A DNA stretch of 64,000 nucleotides, taken from assembly GCA_010909165.1 (NCBI GenBank), contig MU008169.1, positions 992,001 through 1,056,000 of the forward strand, in the 5' to 3' direction. The translations under genes and the position numbers were made by a program. Below are positions 1-10,699 of the stretch, piece by piece. Every line of letters begins with the position of its first letter. Positions within the stretch are counted from its first letter, which is position 1. Under the pieces are notes generated by a model. The model saw only the letters and a program-made list of their open reading frames with translations. It had not been told where the DNA came from and made no database searches. The DNA is from Anthoceros angustus. Taxonomy: Eukaryota; Plantae; Anthocerotophyta.

Positions 1-271
1 CAGCAAACATATATAGGACGAGGCAAAGCAGGTTTTATAAAAGCCTCTGCTTCCCCGTCACATTTACAACAATGATGAAAATCCGCTTCCACCAGTACAC
101 ATCAGTTAGCGACATCAGAGTGAAACCTGCCAGACATTGCCTTCGCTCCCATCGGAGTTATTTTACCAATAAAAAATGGGTGCAAATAAGAATGATTCTA
201 CAGCTACATAAAGTTAGTTACCAAAGGTGCAGGGACAGCTGAGGACTGATTGGTTAAGCGCGTGACCTCTA

Positions 272-2274
272 CTACTTCTCAATGTTGCACATCTGGACTA
301 CATCCATGCTGTAGTTGACATACTTTGTCCAAAACTCCTTGTATTGGGGCAAGGCAATGTCCAACCATGGCTTCATGTTCCCATTGTAGTGAATGACTGC
401 TGCTTTCCTGATTTTCTCGCTACTGATGTTAGGATTGTACCCCAAGCCCAGGACATGCCACGACCTGTCCAGAGGCTTGGTTGTCTTGTAGAAAGTAAGC
501 AAGCCTGGTGGTAGAGTCCCAAGCTTCCATAATGTGTGGTCTATGTTCTGCATGCCAATGAGAGGACACAGTAAGCACCGGACAATGCAGCCTACTCGGC
601 ACGGCACTTCAAATAAGCAACATAGTATAGGCAGGACTCACCAGATTCTGCCAGTGGTGGTACTCTTCCGTGGACTTGTGCTTTTTCCAGGCGTCCAAGT
701 CAAAAATATTCATCCCAAATGCCCAGCCACACGCACTTGGGTCAAAGCGAGAGCTGATCAGAGGGTTATCAAAATTCAAGTACTTGTCCAGTCTGTGGAA
801 GGAACCAGAGCAAGTTTCCACAGCTCCATTCACGTTACCACCCAGGTTGATGTCCCAAAGTGGCGTCAAGTCCTTCTGGACAACAACATCATCGTCCAAA
901 AATAGTATCTTGGATAGCTTCGGGTACATCTCTGGCAAGTAGAATTTGAGATAGCTGAGCATCAGATGCTTTGGGTTGCCAAACATCAGTCTACTGCTAT
1001 CCACCGTTGTATTCTCCACGTTTTTGTAGTAGTACTGCAAGTACTCCGGAGATTCCAGTTGACGCAAAAGAGGGACATAAGACGATGTCAGAAACTTGAA
1101 GTCATCCACCGACTTCACCTCCACATGAGCTTTCAACGGCGGACGCTTCTTGAACCATACTTGCATAGCTGCCACATTCATCTTGTTCGTCACTATGTGG
1201 AAGACATGCTTCTTCGTATTCTTTGTGTTTTTCACAGTAGAGTGAACCGCCACCGCTGTCCCAATCACACTATCTGAGAATATGGCATAGTGATACAGAT
1301 TAGGATCCTCAAACTGTGGGAGAGGTTCCTCCGGTCTGTACTCATCCGGCTCGGAGACACGAGCTGCCATCAGTCTCATCGACAGGCAGTGCAAACTCTT
1401 AGGTACAGACTTGGCAGCTATAAGGCTAGCAACTGCGCCGATCTTTTTCACTTTCGATAGCTGATAGTTGGTTTGAAAGAGCTGATCCTCCAACCGCTGT
1501 ATGTTGAGCTCATCATCGAAGAAATGCTTGGAATCCATGATAGCCTCCCGGGTCAACCTGAACAGCTCCTTCACATCGGTCTCGAATTTCCTGTAATGCT
1601 CCTCACTGACCTCCTCAGTCTCAAGTAAAGCCTTGTTCTCAGCTCGAGCCAGAAGCTCCGCGTAACTATCCGCCTGCTCCGAAAAAACATTCACCACCTT
1701 GGTCATGTTGAGCTTTCCCTGTCGAGCTACACCCGCATAAGCTCTGGTGATAGCAAGCCGCTCCCTGGCTTGCTTAAAGAGCTGCTGCGCCCTTATCCTG
1801 TACGGATCCGTCGATGATGACCTAATGGCGAGGAAGTTGCGAGCATACGAATGCTGGGAATCCTCACTACCTTCAACATCCACAGTTGTCCCGACCTGCC
1901 GGGAAACACCACACGCCCGTCAGCTCAGAAACAAACAGACACCACCGCAGCTGAAGCAGCTAGTCTCCACAGTCCTCACAGCAACACAGATCTAACAAAA
2001 CGCTTCAAACCAGATCCGGACCAGATCGGAGGCAATCCAGATCGGCAGCTGAAACACAATGCCAGCCACGGAGAATTGATGCAACCAAGCAGGGAACAGA
2101 ATCGGGCAAAGTAACAACCGGAACAACTCGGGAGCCGCTCCGCAGCAGCAGGCCCGCTGTGACCAGGAAGGCGAAGAAGAGCAATGCTGTGATAATGGTC
2201 CGGTAGCTGGCTCCATTGTGAGCTGCCGCATTGTTCCAGGGGCGGCTCAAGGAGCGGCTCATTCGTGCCGCCAT
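272..2274 (-). CDS. GAUT8: Galacturonosyltransferase, GT8 family, GAUT8/QUASIMODO1-like; 3 exons (2274-~2120, 1895-642, 547-272)
   Basis: Motifs AAKSVPKSLHCLSMRLM, EDPNLYHYAIFSD, ILFLDDDVVVQKDL (DxD), LWKLGTLPPGLLTFY and HYNGNMKPWLDI. An N-terminal TM helix (TIITALLFFAFLVTAGLLL). Canonical junctions at 1895, 642 and 547; the exon 1 donor is approximate. Confidence 0.93.
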
Positions 2275-2915
2275 GGCCAGCTTCTCAGAGGACCAGCTTT
2301 CCGAGTCTACGTGCCATTCATATCCAGCCTCGTCTCCCGCACTGCCTACGCACGACACAGCCGGAGCTCCGCACGGCGCGGCCAACGCGAATATCAACCG
2401 CGTTGCGTCCCACAACCTCGACTGCACGTTAGGAGCTGTTCGTAACTGCGGTCACGTCTCCACAGCCTATCACAGAACCTTTCGTGTCCTGTTAAGGCTA
2501 ACGATGATAAGCCAATCAAACCGACCCCATTAGATCTTAAGTCTAGGGTTCACAAAGTGTGCATGTAAACCTAGCTCTGAGTTAGATGACACTTCCCTGC
2601 TCAAGGGCCATGGTGTAGTTCCAAAGGACAATGGGGGAGTGCCGAAGGAAAGGTGTGCAATCATACATGACGGACACATCCACACCACAAGCTTTCGGTT
2701 TCCAAGTGAATCCTTTGAGGCGCTAGACCACCTTTGAAAATTCAGAAGTGATCAGGAATGAGCCGAAATCACTCCACCTCAGTGTGCTCCATCAAATCAA
2801 GCGGACTAAGCTGTCTATGGATACAGATTAATGGAGCTGCCTTCAACTTTCCATACATGGAGTCTCCTCGAAGTCTACCATGTACTGTGCATTGCAGGTG
2901 AACTGGCACTGAGAA

Positions 2916-3478
2916 TCAGCCATCAGAAGGCATAGGCACCGACGGAATTGGTCTAGAAGCAGCAGCTCTAGCTTTCTTGCGACGAGAACTCTGTAGCCAT
3001 TCCATTTCTGAGAGAAGCTCAGCAACACCGGACCTCAGCTCACCAAAGCTGCCGTGCAGGGAGATCATACATGAGTATACCAGAAACATGAATCGAACAT
3101 GCAGCTCTTGCAAGGAGCTTGAGGAGGAGAAGAAAGTTAGGGCAGACCTGTTGATGTCCAAGTCGAGAAGTTGAAGCTGTCCGTCGCCGAGCTCCTGGCA
3201 CACGTAGTGACGGCAGTGAGGACCCGCTTCTTTGCCGAAGCAAAGGCCAAAGGTCGAAGGCAGGGACAGTCGCCAACACTTCCAAGCGCCTTCTGACTTA
3301 CCAGCTGGAGAAGCACGGCAGGACGCAAGACGCGGGAGGCGGAGGATGTGGAGAGGGTGACGTCGGTGCGCCACCGGATTTGCCGCACAGACGTTGCCAT
3401 GACCCGTCCCTGATCCGCCTCGTTGCGATCTCCGTGGGTAGACGGATCGGATCGACTTCGGCTAGCTGACGAGAGCTG
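2916..3478 (-). CDS. COMMD5: COMM-domain protein, COMMD5-like; exons 3478-3302, 3194-3148, 3048-2916; upstream exon(s) unresolved (in-frame ATG at 3400)
   Basis: Splicing GT-AG introns 3301-3195 and 3147-3049 gives IRWRTDVTLSTSSASRVLRPAVLLQL-ELGDGQLQLLDLDINS-FGELRSGVAELLSEMEWLQ. This aligns by eye with the COMMD5 COMM domain (WRVDVAISTSALARSLQPSVLMQL...FQELRYSVALVLKEM). Confidence 0.72.
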
Positions 3479-4391
3479 CTGTAGCTTTTGGCAAGGTCAC
3501 AAGGTGACGAAGTTGGAAGGTGTAAACCTTGCCTAGTTTTCTCTCCTTTCAACCTCGTAATGTATGACAACGCCTTGCCTCGACGATCGTCTCAGAAGAT
3601 GGTTTCAACATGCAAAGGATTGATAGCTTGTGCTCGAGGAAGGCACCGAATAAGCCCTTTGCACAGGACTAATCATGCAAAACTCCCTTACAGATGCAGG
3701 AACAGTGAGGAAAGCAAGACCAACTACATCGGAAAAGGCCTACGCTGCAGAATGTGTGATTCTGCCTGCCTGCCCCCATAGAGCTGCAGAACACCTACTC
3801 CGCTTGCAGCAAGGGGTTACATAAGCTGAACACTCAAGTGGTGGGGGTGGAGGTTGGGGAGTGCGGTCAGCTGATGGAAGGAATTCAACAGGACCAGCCA
3901 GGCAGAGAGCTGCTCACTGACCTCGGTGAACGAAGGAGCTGGATTTGAGCAGAAAATTGGATCAGCAAGCTGCACGTCATCCACTTCGTCTTGGACTTCC
4001 AACTGTTCGTAATGGTAATGGAGGCGAGGCTGGCCATGGTGTTCGGGAACAGCTGATGGAAAGCATTCAACAGGTCACCTAGAACGCAAAGATCTCACTG
4101 TTCACTCGAACACGGCAGAATCGTTCACATGAACAAGACAAAACTGCTGGAACGCTGACCTCGCAAAAACCAGCCACTAAATCCGCACTGACGAACCCCC
4201 CGGCCAATCACACCAGCTTCCGGCGGGTTCCCGCCTTCCCAGCCCTGGTCACTGGTCCCACGAACAGTGAAAGACTGGGGTGGCGCACACCCCGGAATTG
4301 GGGCAAATCGAGCTGGAGCATCTTCGTCTTCCCTCTACGGGGGAGGGAGCTCCAGGGAAAGGGAGCTCCCCTGTCATCTTCGAGCAGGACA

Positions 4392-6467
4392 ATGGCAGGA
4401 AATGTAGATCTTACTCTGGGGACGCCATGGTTGTGGGAATTGAAGGGATGGTTTGTGTTGCGAGTGGCGATCACCTTTGTGGTGCTGCTGGTGGGCGCCA
4501 AGCTGGTGGGATTTGTGCTGGGCGTCCTCAAGAGCCGGCGATGGCAGATGGAGGTGAAAGCAAAACTGGAGGCGCAGGGCTACCACGTGCTGCCCTGCAC
4601 GCCATTGGTGGGCAATGCCTTCGACATGGCCAGGATCACCAGGGCAGCTTGGTCCAAGCCCCTGGATTCCATCACCCACTGCATCAACGACCGGCTCACG
4701 CCTGCCCAGTGCCTGTGGCTGCGGAATTTCGGTAGGCTGTCACACAAATCCGGAAGGACAATGCTGTTGCCTTTGCGTTCTGTCCTGATTGGGCTGACGA
4801 CATTGCGAATGTGGAGAAGTGCAGGGCCCAAGGTGGTGTACTGGCTGGGAAGCGTGCCTCATATCCCCGTCCTGGACCCGGACCTGGTGCGAGAGCTTTT
4901 TTTCGCTTCTCGTGAAGTGAATGGCAAGGCAGAGATAAGTCGCAAACTGGGCAAGGAATTAGTGGGACGAGGAATTGTCCTGGCCAACGGGCAAGACTGG
5001 CATGAGCAGCGGCTGGTTTTGGGGCCGGCATTTCAGGCTGAAGCTCTCAAGGTAGGCTAGCACCGAAGGACAGGACAGGACAAGACATGGCCAATGTTGT
5101 TAGCAAGCTTTTGGAGCTACTGCTGTTGTGGGACTTGTCGTGACTGTGGTTTGACAATGTGGAGTGCAGGAAATGGTGAAGGACATGGCCAAAACTGGGG
5201 AGCAACTGTTGGAGAGATTTGGGGAGCTGGTGAGCAAGGCAGGAGGGGAGAATGAGGCTGCGGAAGTCGATGTGACGCCGCTCATGTCCTGGGCCACAGC
5301 GGACATCATCACCCGCACGGCGTTCGGAGGCAGCTACGACATGGGGAAGGAAGCCTTCGCAAGCTTGGAGGAGCTTATGAAGATTTCTGTTGCCAACTTC
5401 AAGTTTGAGCTCATTCCTGGTTACAAGTAGTGATGTCCTCCCAGCCCACACCTTGACAGACCTGACCTGCTGCCTTCCTTCTTCCCTTCTCACATGACTG
5501 TGAGTGAATCCCATTCCCTGCTGCAGGTGGCTGCCGGTGGCTTACAACCGGAGGCTATGGAAGCTGCGGAAAACGGTGAGCTCAACCCTACTGCATGTCA
5601 TCGAGCAGCGGAGGAAGGGCGCGGCCCACGGCTCTGCCCACCCTTACGGCAGTGACCTGCTGGGCCTGATGTTGGCTGCCGCCGGGGACCAGGGGAAGTT
5701 CGACAACGAGCTGCTCATGGACGAGTGCAAGACATTCTTCGTGGCCGGCCACGAGACCACCTCCGTGCTCCTCACCTGGGCCATCCTCCTGCTGGCCCTC
5801 CACCCCGACTGGCAGCAGCTGGTCCGGGACGAGGCCACGGAGGTCTGCCAGGGCGCTGTTCCCCACACCGCTGAAGCTCTCAACAGACTGAAGAACGTGT
5901 GTCATCCCCTTCCACAACCCACAACCCACATGAAGAATTCTTGCTTTTTTCCATCCATTTCAAGAACTTGAATTCTTTTGCCTCTTCCTGGCTTGGCTTG
6001 TGCAGCTGGGCATGGTGATCAACGAGGCGCTGCGGCTCTACTCCCCGGTACCTTCCGTCACCCGGGAGCTGTTTGTGGACAAGACCCGGATCGGAGACGT
6101 GGTGTTCCCGGCAGGGGTGGTCTTCTGGATTCCGGTGCACCTCCTTCACAGAGACAAAGCCCTTTGGGGAGCGGATGCGGACGAGTTTAAGCCGGAAAGG
6201 TTCTCCAACGGGAGTGCCAACGCCTGCAAGCATCCTGCAGGCTTCGCTCCCTTCGCCAACGGCCACAGAAAATGCCTGGGCGGATCGTTTGCGCTGATGG
6301 AGGCCAAGCTCATTCTGGCCGCCCTGCTCCAACACTTCTCCTTCCAAGTGTCCCCCAACTACAAGCACGCCCCGTCAGCTGTCATGACCATCAGAGCCCA
6401 GTTCGGCATGCCTGTCATTGTGCACACACACAAGGCCTCCTCTAGGCCAATCAAGGAATCTGTGTAG
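4392..6467 (+). CDS. Cytochrome P450, CYP72 clan; 5 exons (about 4392-4722, 4825-5052, 5170-5427, 5527-5897, 6007-6467)
   Basis: N-terminal TM anchor; GIVLANGQDWHEQR; FVAGHETT I-helix; ExxR (EALR); PERF; heme motif FANGHRKCLG. Intron layout is consistent with the CYP72 clan; subfamily not assignable by eye. Confidence 0.9.
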
Positions 6468-6808
6468 TTCCAAGGCAATCCGAACAGCCCAAGCTCTACC
6501 CCCGGGAATCGGGTTTGAAGCTCTCCGACTACGTGAATGAGAGGTCGTGTGTTGGGTCAGGTCACACATCAAGCTGGTGAAGCTGTGGTGGTTTGCCCGT
6601 ATTACATGTTGCAGAAGAATATTCCTGGGTCTGTCTAAACCTTGCCTCCAAAGAACGCAGCTAGTGTTCAACCGGTTGAGTTAGTCAGACTATGCAAGTT
6701 TGACATGGTCCACCATGAACAGGAGGGTGACGAGTTGTTATACGTCCTAACATCATATGCTCAGCAAGTAGTGGACTCCATTGTGGAGGAGAGTAATCGT
6801 GATGATGC

Positions 6809-8760
6809 TGTTAGGGGTCCTTAGGTTGTTTTGATGTGGAGTGGTAAGTAAAGCTGTTGTTTTGGTGTGTGGTGTGGAAGAACAGCTGTTGGACGCTGGA
6901 CGGGAGGCCGTTGGCATGTCATTGCCACCTTGTCGTTGTTTCCTGACCATGAAGATAATTTCTAATAATCAAATGCATATGGCAGTTTGCGCTTGCTGGT
7001 TTTTGATTGGCTCTTAATGTAGGTACATGTCTATCATTTTGCACATAGCGAGTTTTTGATTGGCTCTTCATGTAAGTACCTCCTATCATTTTGCACATGG
7101 CAAGTGATAGGGCAAAAGTTTGGAGGAGATCACGGCCTAGAAACTGATAAAATATATGACTACTTAGGGCATTATTTGCTAGGGCACCTATAAATCCCTA
7201 GAATTAATTTTTCATTAATTACTCGAGCTAGAACTAATTTCTTAGGAAGTTACATAAGTAGTTAGTTGTTATATTGATTATATTGGTTACAACCACCTAT
7301 AACCGTTTGTACTATATAAACACTTGCTCCAAGCAACATAATCAATGCTAAGCGCATCTTAGAGCAAGCTATGATTCTCATCATGGTATGAGAGCACCTT
7401 ACCCTTGATTTTTGAGCGTGCTACTTGCTACCTACGAAGCTATCAATCTTCTAATGCCTATTCTAGTTTGAATCCTCTGATTTCTAGATATGCATCGAGG
7501 AGATTTGAACTTCGGCAGCAATTGCATCATTTTCAACATTGCTTTTATATGGCATAATTTGTGCATCCAATTCTCTTCAATTTGTCATGGATTTCTTAAA
7601 TCCTGGTAGGCATAAGAATTTGAGAGCATTTAAGGTTGCAAAGCAGGAGAAATTTCATAAGACACACAACATTTTGTGTTTGAAGAAGGCAAATACTCGA
7701 ATTGACAAAATTGAAGAACTTTCAGCACAAGTTTGTAATTTCATTGGTTCAATTTTGATTAAGTCTGATAATCAAGGACAGAAAATCAAAGTAGCTAGAA
7801 GTAGATTGCTTACCTCATTATCTCCAATACAAGTTAAGGCTATTGAGTTAGCGTTGCAAGGCATTCCTAACATCAATGCAGGTCCTTCTACTCCTAGCTC
7901 TAACACTTGACAGTCAAGTGTCGCCTCAATTCAGTCAGATATAAAGGAACTTAATGAATTTGTTCAAGATAGATTAGGCTTACTAATAAGCGAAACTTGT
8001 GATCTTAGCAATCGCATTGATCAATTGAATCGCAAAGTATCTGTTCCATTTAACAACACTTCTCTGCATCCACTAGTTCCTAAATATGCAGCTGATTCTG
8101 ATGAGGATGCGGATAATTCTGCACACATGAACTTTCCCAAGGCGACACCAGCACGACATAGTCGTGCACTCTAAACATCACCTGCAATGTCCCGGCTGGA
8201 CGATGATGAAGAACACTATGTCGACGATTTCAACAAAGAAAAGTCCAAAGATAAGGATAATGATAGAGACCCATCTGATATGAAATCAACAATTATTCAT
8301 AATTATGGGGACAGCTTCAAGGAGAAGGACAGATTCAACGGCAAGGATTACAACATCTAGCGCCTACGAATGAGAGGAGTCCTACGCAATGGAGAGTTTT
8401 GGGACATTGTTAATGGAAGCCTCGAGCGCCCTTCTTGGGCATCAGAGAATAAACGTACCTGGGATGTTAAAGATGAGAAAGCTCAGGATATTCTCATAAG
8501 TGGCCTGTCACAACAAATGGTGAGGCACATTAGTGAACCAGGATCATCTAAATAAATGTGGGACCATCTCGCCCAACTGTACTCCTCCAAAGATGTTATG
8601 AGTTTGATGACGGCTACTCGCAACTTCCACAACCTCAAAATGAAGGAGTTAAACTCCATCGAACACCATGTCAATACATTTTGTTTGGCACGATCACAAC
8701 TGGAAGCTGCATCCAATACTAAACTCTCGGAGTTAACCTGCTTTGTTGGTCTCTGTTAAC
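6809..8760 (+). mobile_element. Decayed Ty1/copia LTR retrotransposon: putative 5' LTR (~6809-7383), PBS 7384-7395, gag remnant ~8320-8760
   Basis: CA followed by TGGTATGAGAGC (tRNA-iMet PBS consensus TGGTATCAGAGC). Gag-like text RFNGKDYNI*RLRMRGVLRNGEFWDIVNG...WDVKDEKAQDIL...MWDHLAQLY with stops. No pol or 3' LTR seen; the LTR start is a guess. Confidence 0.75.
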
Positions 8761-8819
8761 CTGTTGCATCCAATACTAAACATGCATAGCCTCCAAATGA
8801 GGCATAAAACGATGTCCTT

Positions 8820-8945
8820 CAGGCCTCCAAATCAGGCATTAGATCTCTGGCCTGAAATTTCAGGCCTGTAGAATTTCATGCTGCAGCAAGAAATTCCAGG
8901 CCTGCAAAATTTCATGCTGCAGGCCTGAAATTTCAGGCCCCAGAG
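8820..8945. repeat. Cluster of CAGGCCTG/AAATTTC repeats with two perfect 18-bp palindromes
   Basis: GGCCTGAAATTTCAGGCC at 8849-8866 and 8922-8939. Confidence 0.85.
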
Positions 8946-9271
8946 ACATCTTTGCGGGCACGACATTCGAACTGAAATTTCATCTTCTGAGCACTGAAAT
9001 TTCGTGCTTGAAACTAAAATGCAGTCAAACATTGAAGACAGCTTACCTGAAGGATGGATGTGGGAAGCAAGCACTTCGTGATGGACATCGTGCACCCTTT
9101 TCCTCTTGGGCCCCCTAGAGCACTTTATGTCCAAATCTCGACATTCCGTTGGAATGATATCAGAATCTTCCTCAGTCACAGCATCGTGAGGAAGATGCTA
9201 ATGCTGCTTCTCCTCAGCAGGTATAGCAACTTTTGCTTGCTCCTGTTCGCCACCCTCCAAGTCATGCTCGA

Positions 9272-10327
9272 CTAGTTGAAGATGAGCAATTTGATCGGAA
9301 GGGTGTCCTGAGCTTTAGGAGTGCAGTGTTTGCTCCTTCTCGCACTCTTCACATGCTTCACAAAATTAGACCACAGATGTTGTCTTGGCATCGGTACCAT
9401 GTTGATAGCTTCAAGCTTCTTAACGTTCTCCTGCGGGTTCTGAAATTCGAATTCGTTCTCTTCAACTTCTACCAATAGTGCATCATGGTTACCTGCTAAG
9501 GTAACGTCGTGCAACGTGCAGCATGTATGGCTTATGGCGGGTTTGGGCGGAAGGATCTTCGTGCACTCCTGGATGTATTGCGCGCTGGCGCCGTGCATTT
9601 GAATGTCCCCAACCACCTCCTCTGCAGCATCTGCAGCTTGTGCATCGATCCAAAGCCCCTTCTATAGGAGGCGATAGGCAGTCTAGCAGCCCGGGGCAGT
9701 GATCTTGGTTGCCGCTTTTGCCTTCACAGTGGCGCCCTTCCTCGTCAAGTCAGATCGCTCTCCAAGATTTTATGAGCTGGTGTGAGCCCATGCCCGTTCT
9801 TCAAATATGGCGCACACTCATCCTTGTGAAATCTGGCCTCTTCGTCGGTGTCTTCATCCTCTCCCGAACATGCAGCGGTTGATGCCCTAGCTGACCAGGC
9901 TCGCGTTTTTGGTCCTTCACCCCGCTCGGGCGTAGATGACGTCCCACGCCGTTGTCTCCCGGCGCCATCCTGACCCTCCCACCCACGGAGGAACTTACCC
10001 TTAACTTGCCCACCGCTTTCCCTCCCTCTTGTTCCATTGCGTCCGGAAGCCTTGAGAGGCAAATCAAAGTCCTCCTCCTCCTTTCCCCGGCATCTTGACA
10101 GTGAGACTTTGCCACAGCTCTTTTCACTGCCGCCACTTGCCCTTGAGCTCTCGGTGTGCCGAGCAATTTCGCCGCTTCGAGTTCCGTGAATTCTGACCCA
10201 GTTGGGTCCGGCCTAGTCCGTCCAGTCCATCGTGGCCTCCACGGCATCTCCTGCTACTAATGCTGCCGCCAGCGCCGGTCTCGAATCGGGCTCCGCTCGC
10301 TTGAATCTTCCTCGTCGTTTTAGGCAT
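9272..10327 (-). pseudogene. Frameshifted ORF fragments of unknown, probably TE-associated, protein
   Basis: Overlapping ORFs 10124-10327, 9801-10247 and 9272-9616. The ATG at 10327 directly follows a GT-AG intron (donor near 10412). No family recognised. Confidence 0.3.
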
Positions 10328-10699
10328 CTACGACACAAGACTGGCTGTGATTCACGGGAGCTTTGGAAAGGTCACCATGATTAGGCGGAGGAAAAAAGGA
10401 GAACATACCTCAACCTTAGCCGGTTTAGACCACGCTTGCTGATGTGTCCTCCAGTCTGGCGCCTGATCTGCGTAGTAAACATTTCAAAGTAGGGTTGTCA
10501 CGGCGGTGTGCTTGAAACCCTGCGACTGAGAAGTGGTACAGAACAAGGGAGAAGAGAGGACGAACAGAGTCACATGGACTTCGTCTCGGTAGCGCTGGCA
10601 GGAACGCAGTACAAGTTTCATTTCGCGGGATGTAACATGGCGGGAAACCAACTCAAACTACACAGGGTTTATTATCCATTATTTACGGTCCATATATAG

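Noticed and set aside
4374-6368. Antisense ORFs over the P450 (and similarly over GAUT8, ERF, SET and GWD)
   Set aside because: Shadow frames of GC-rich coding sequence.
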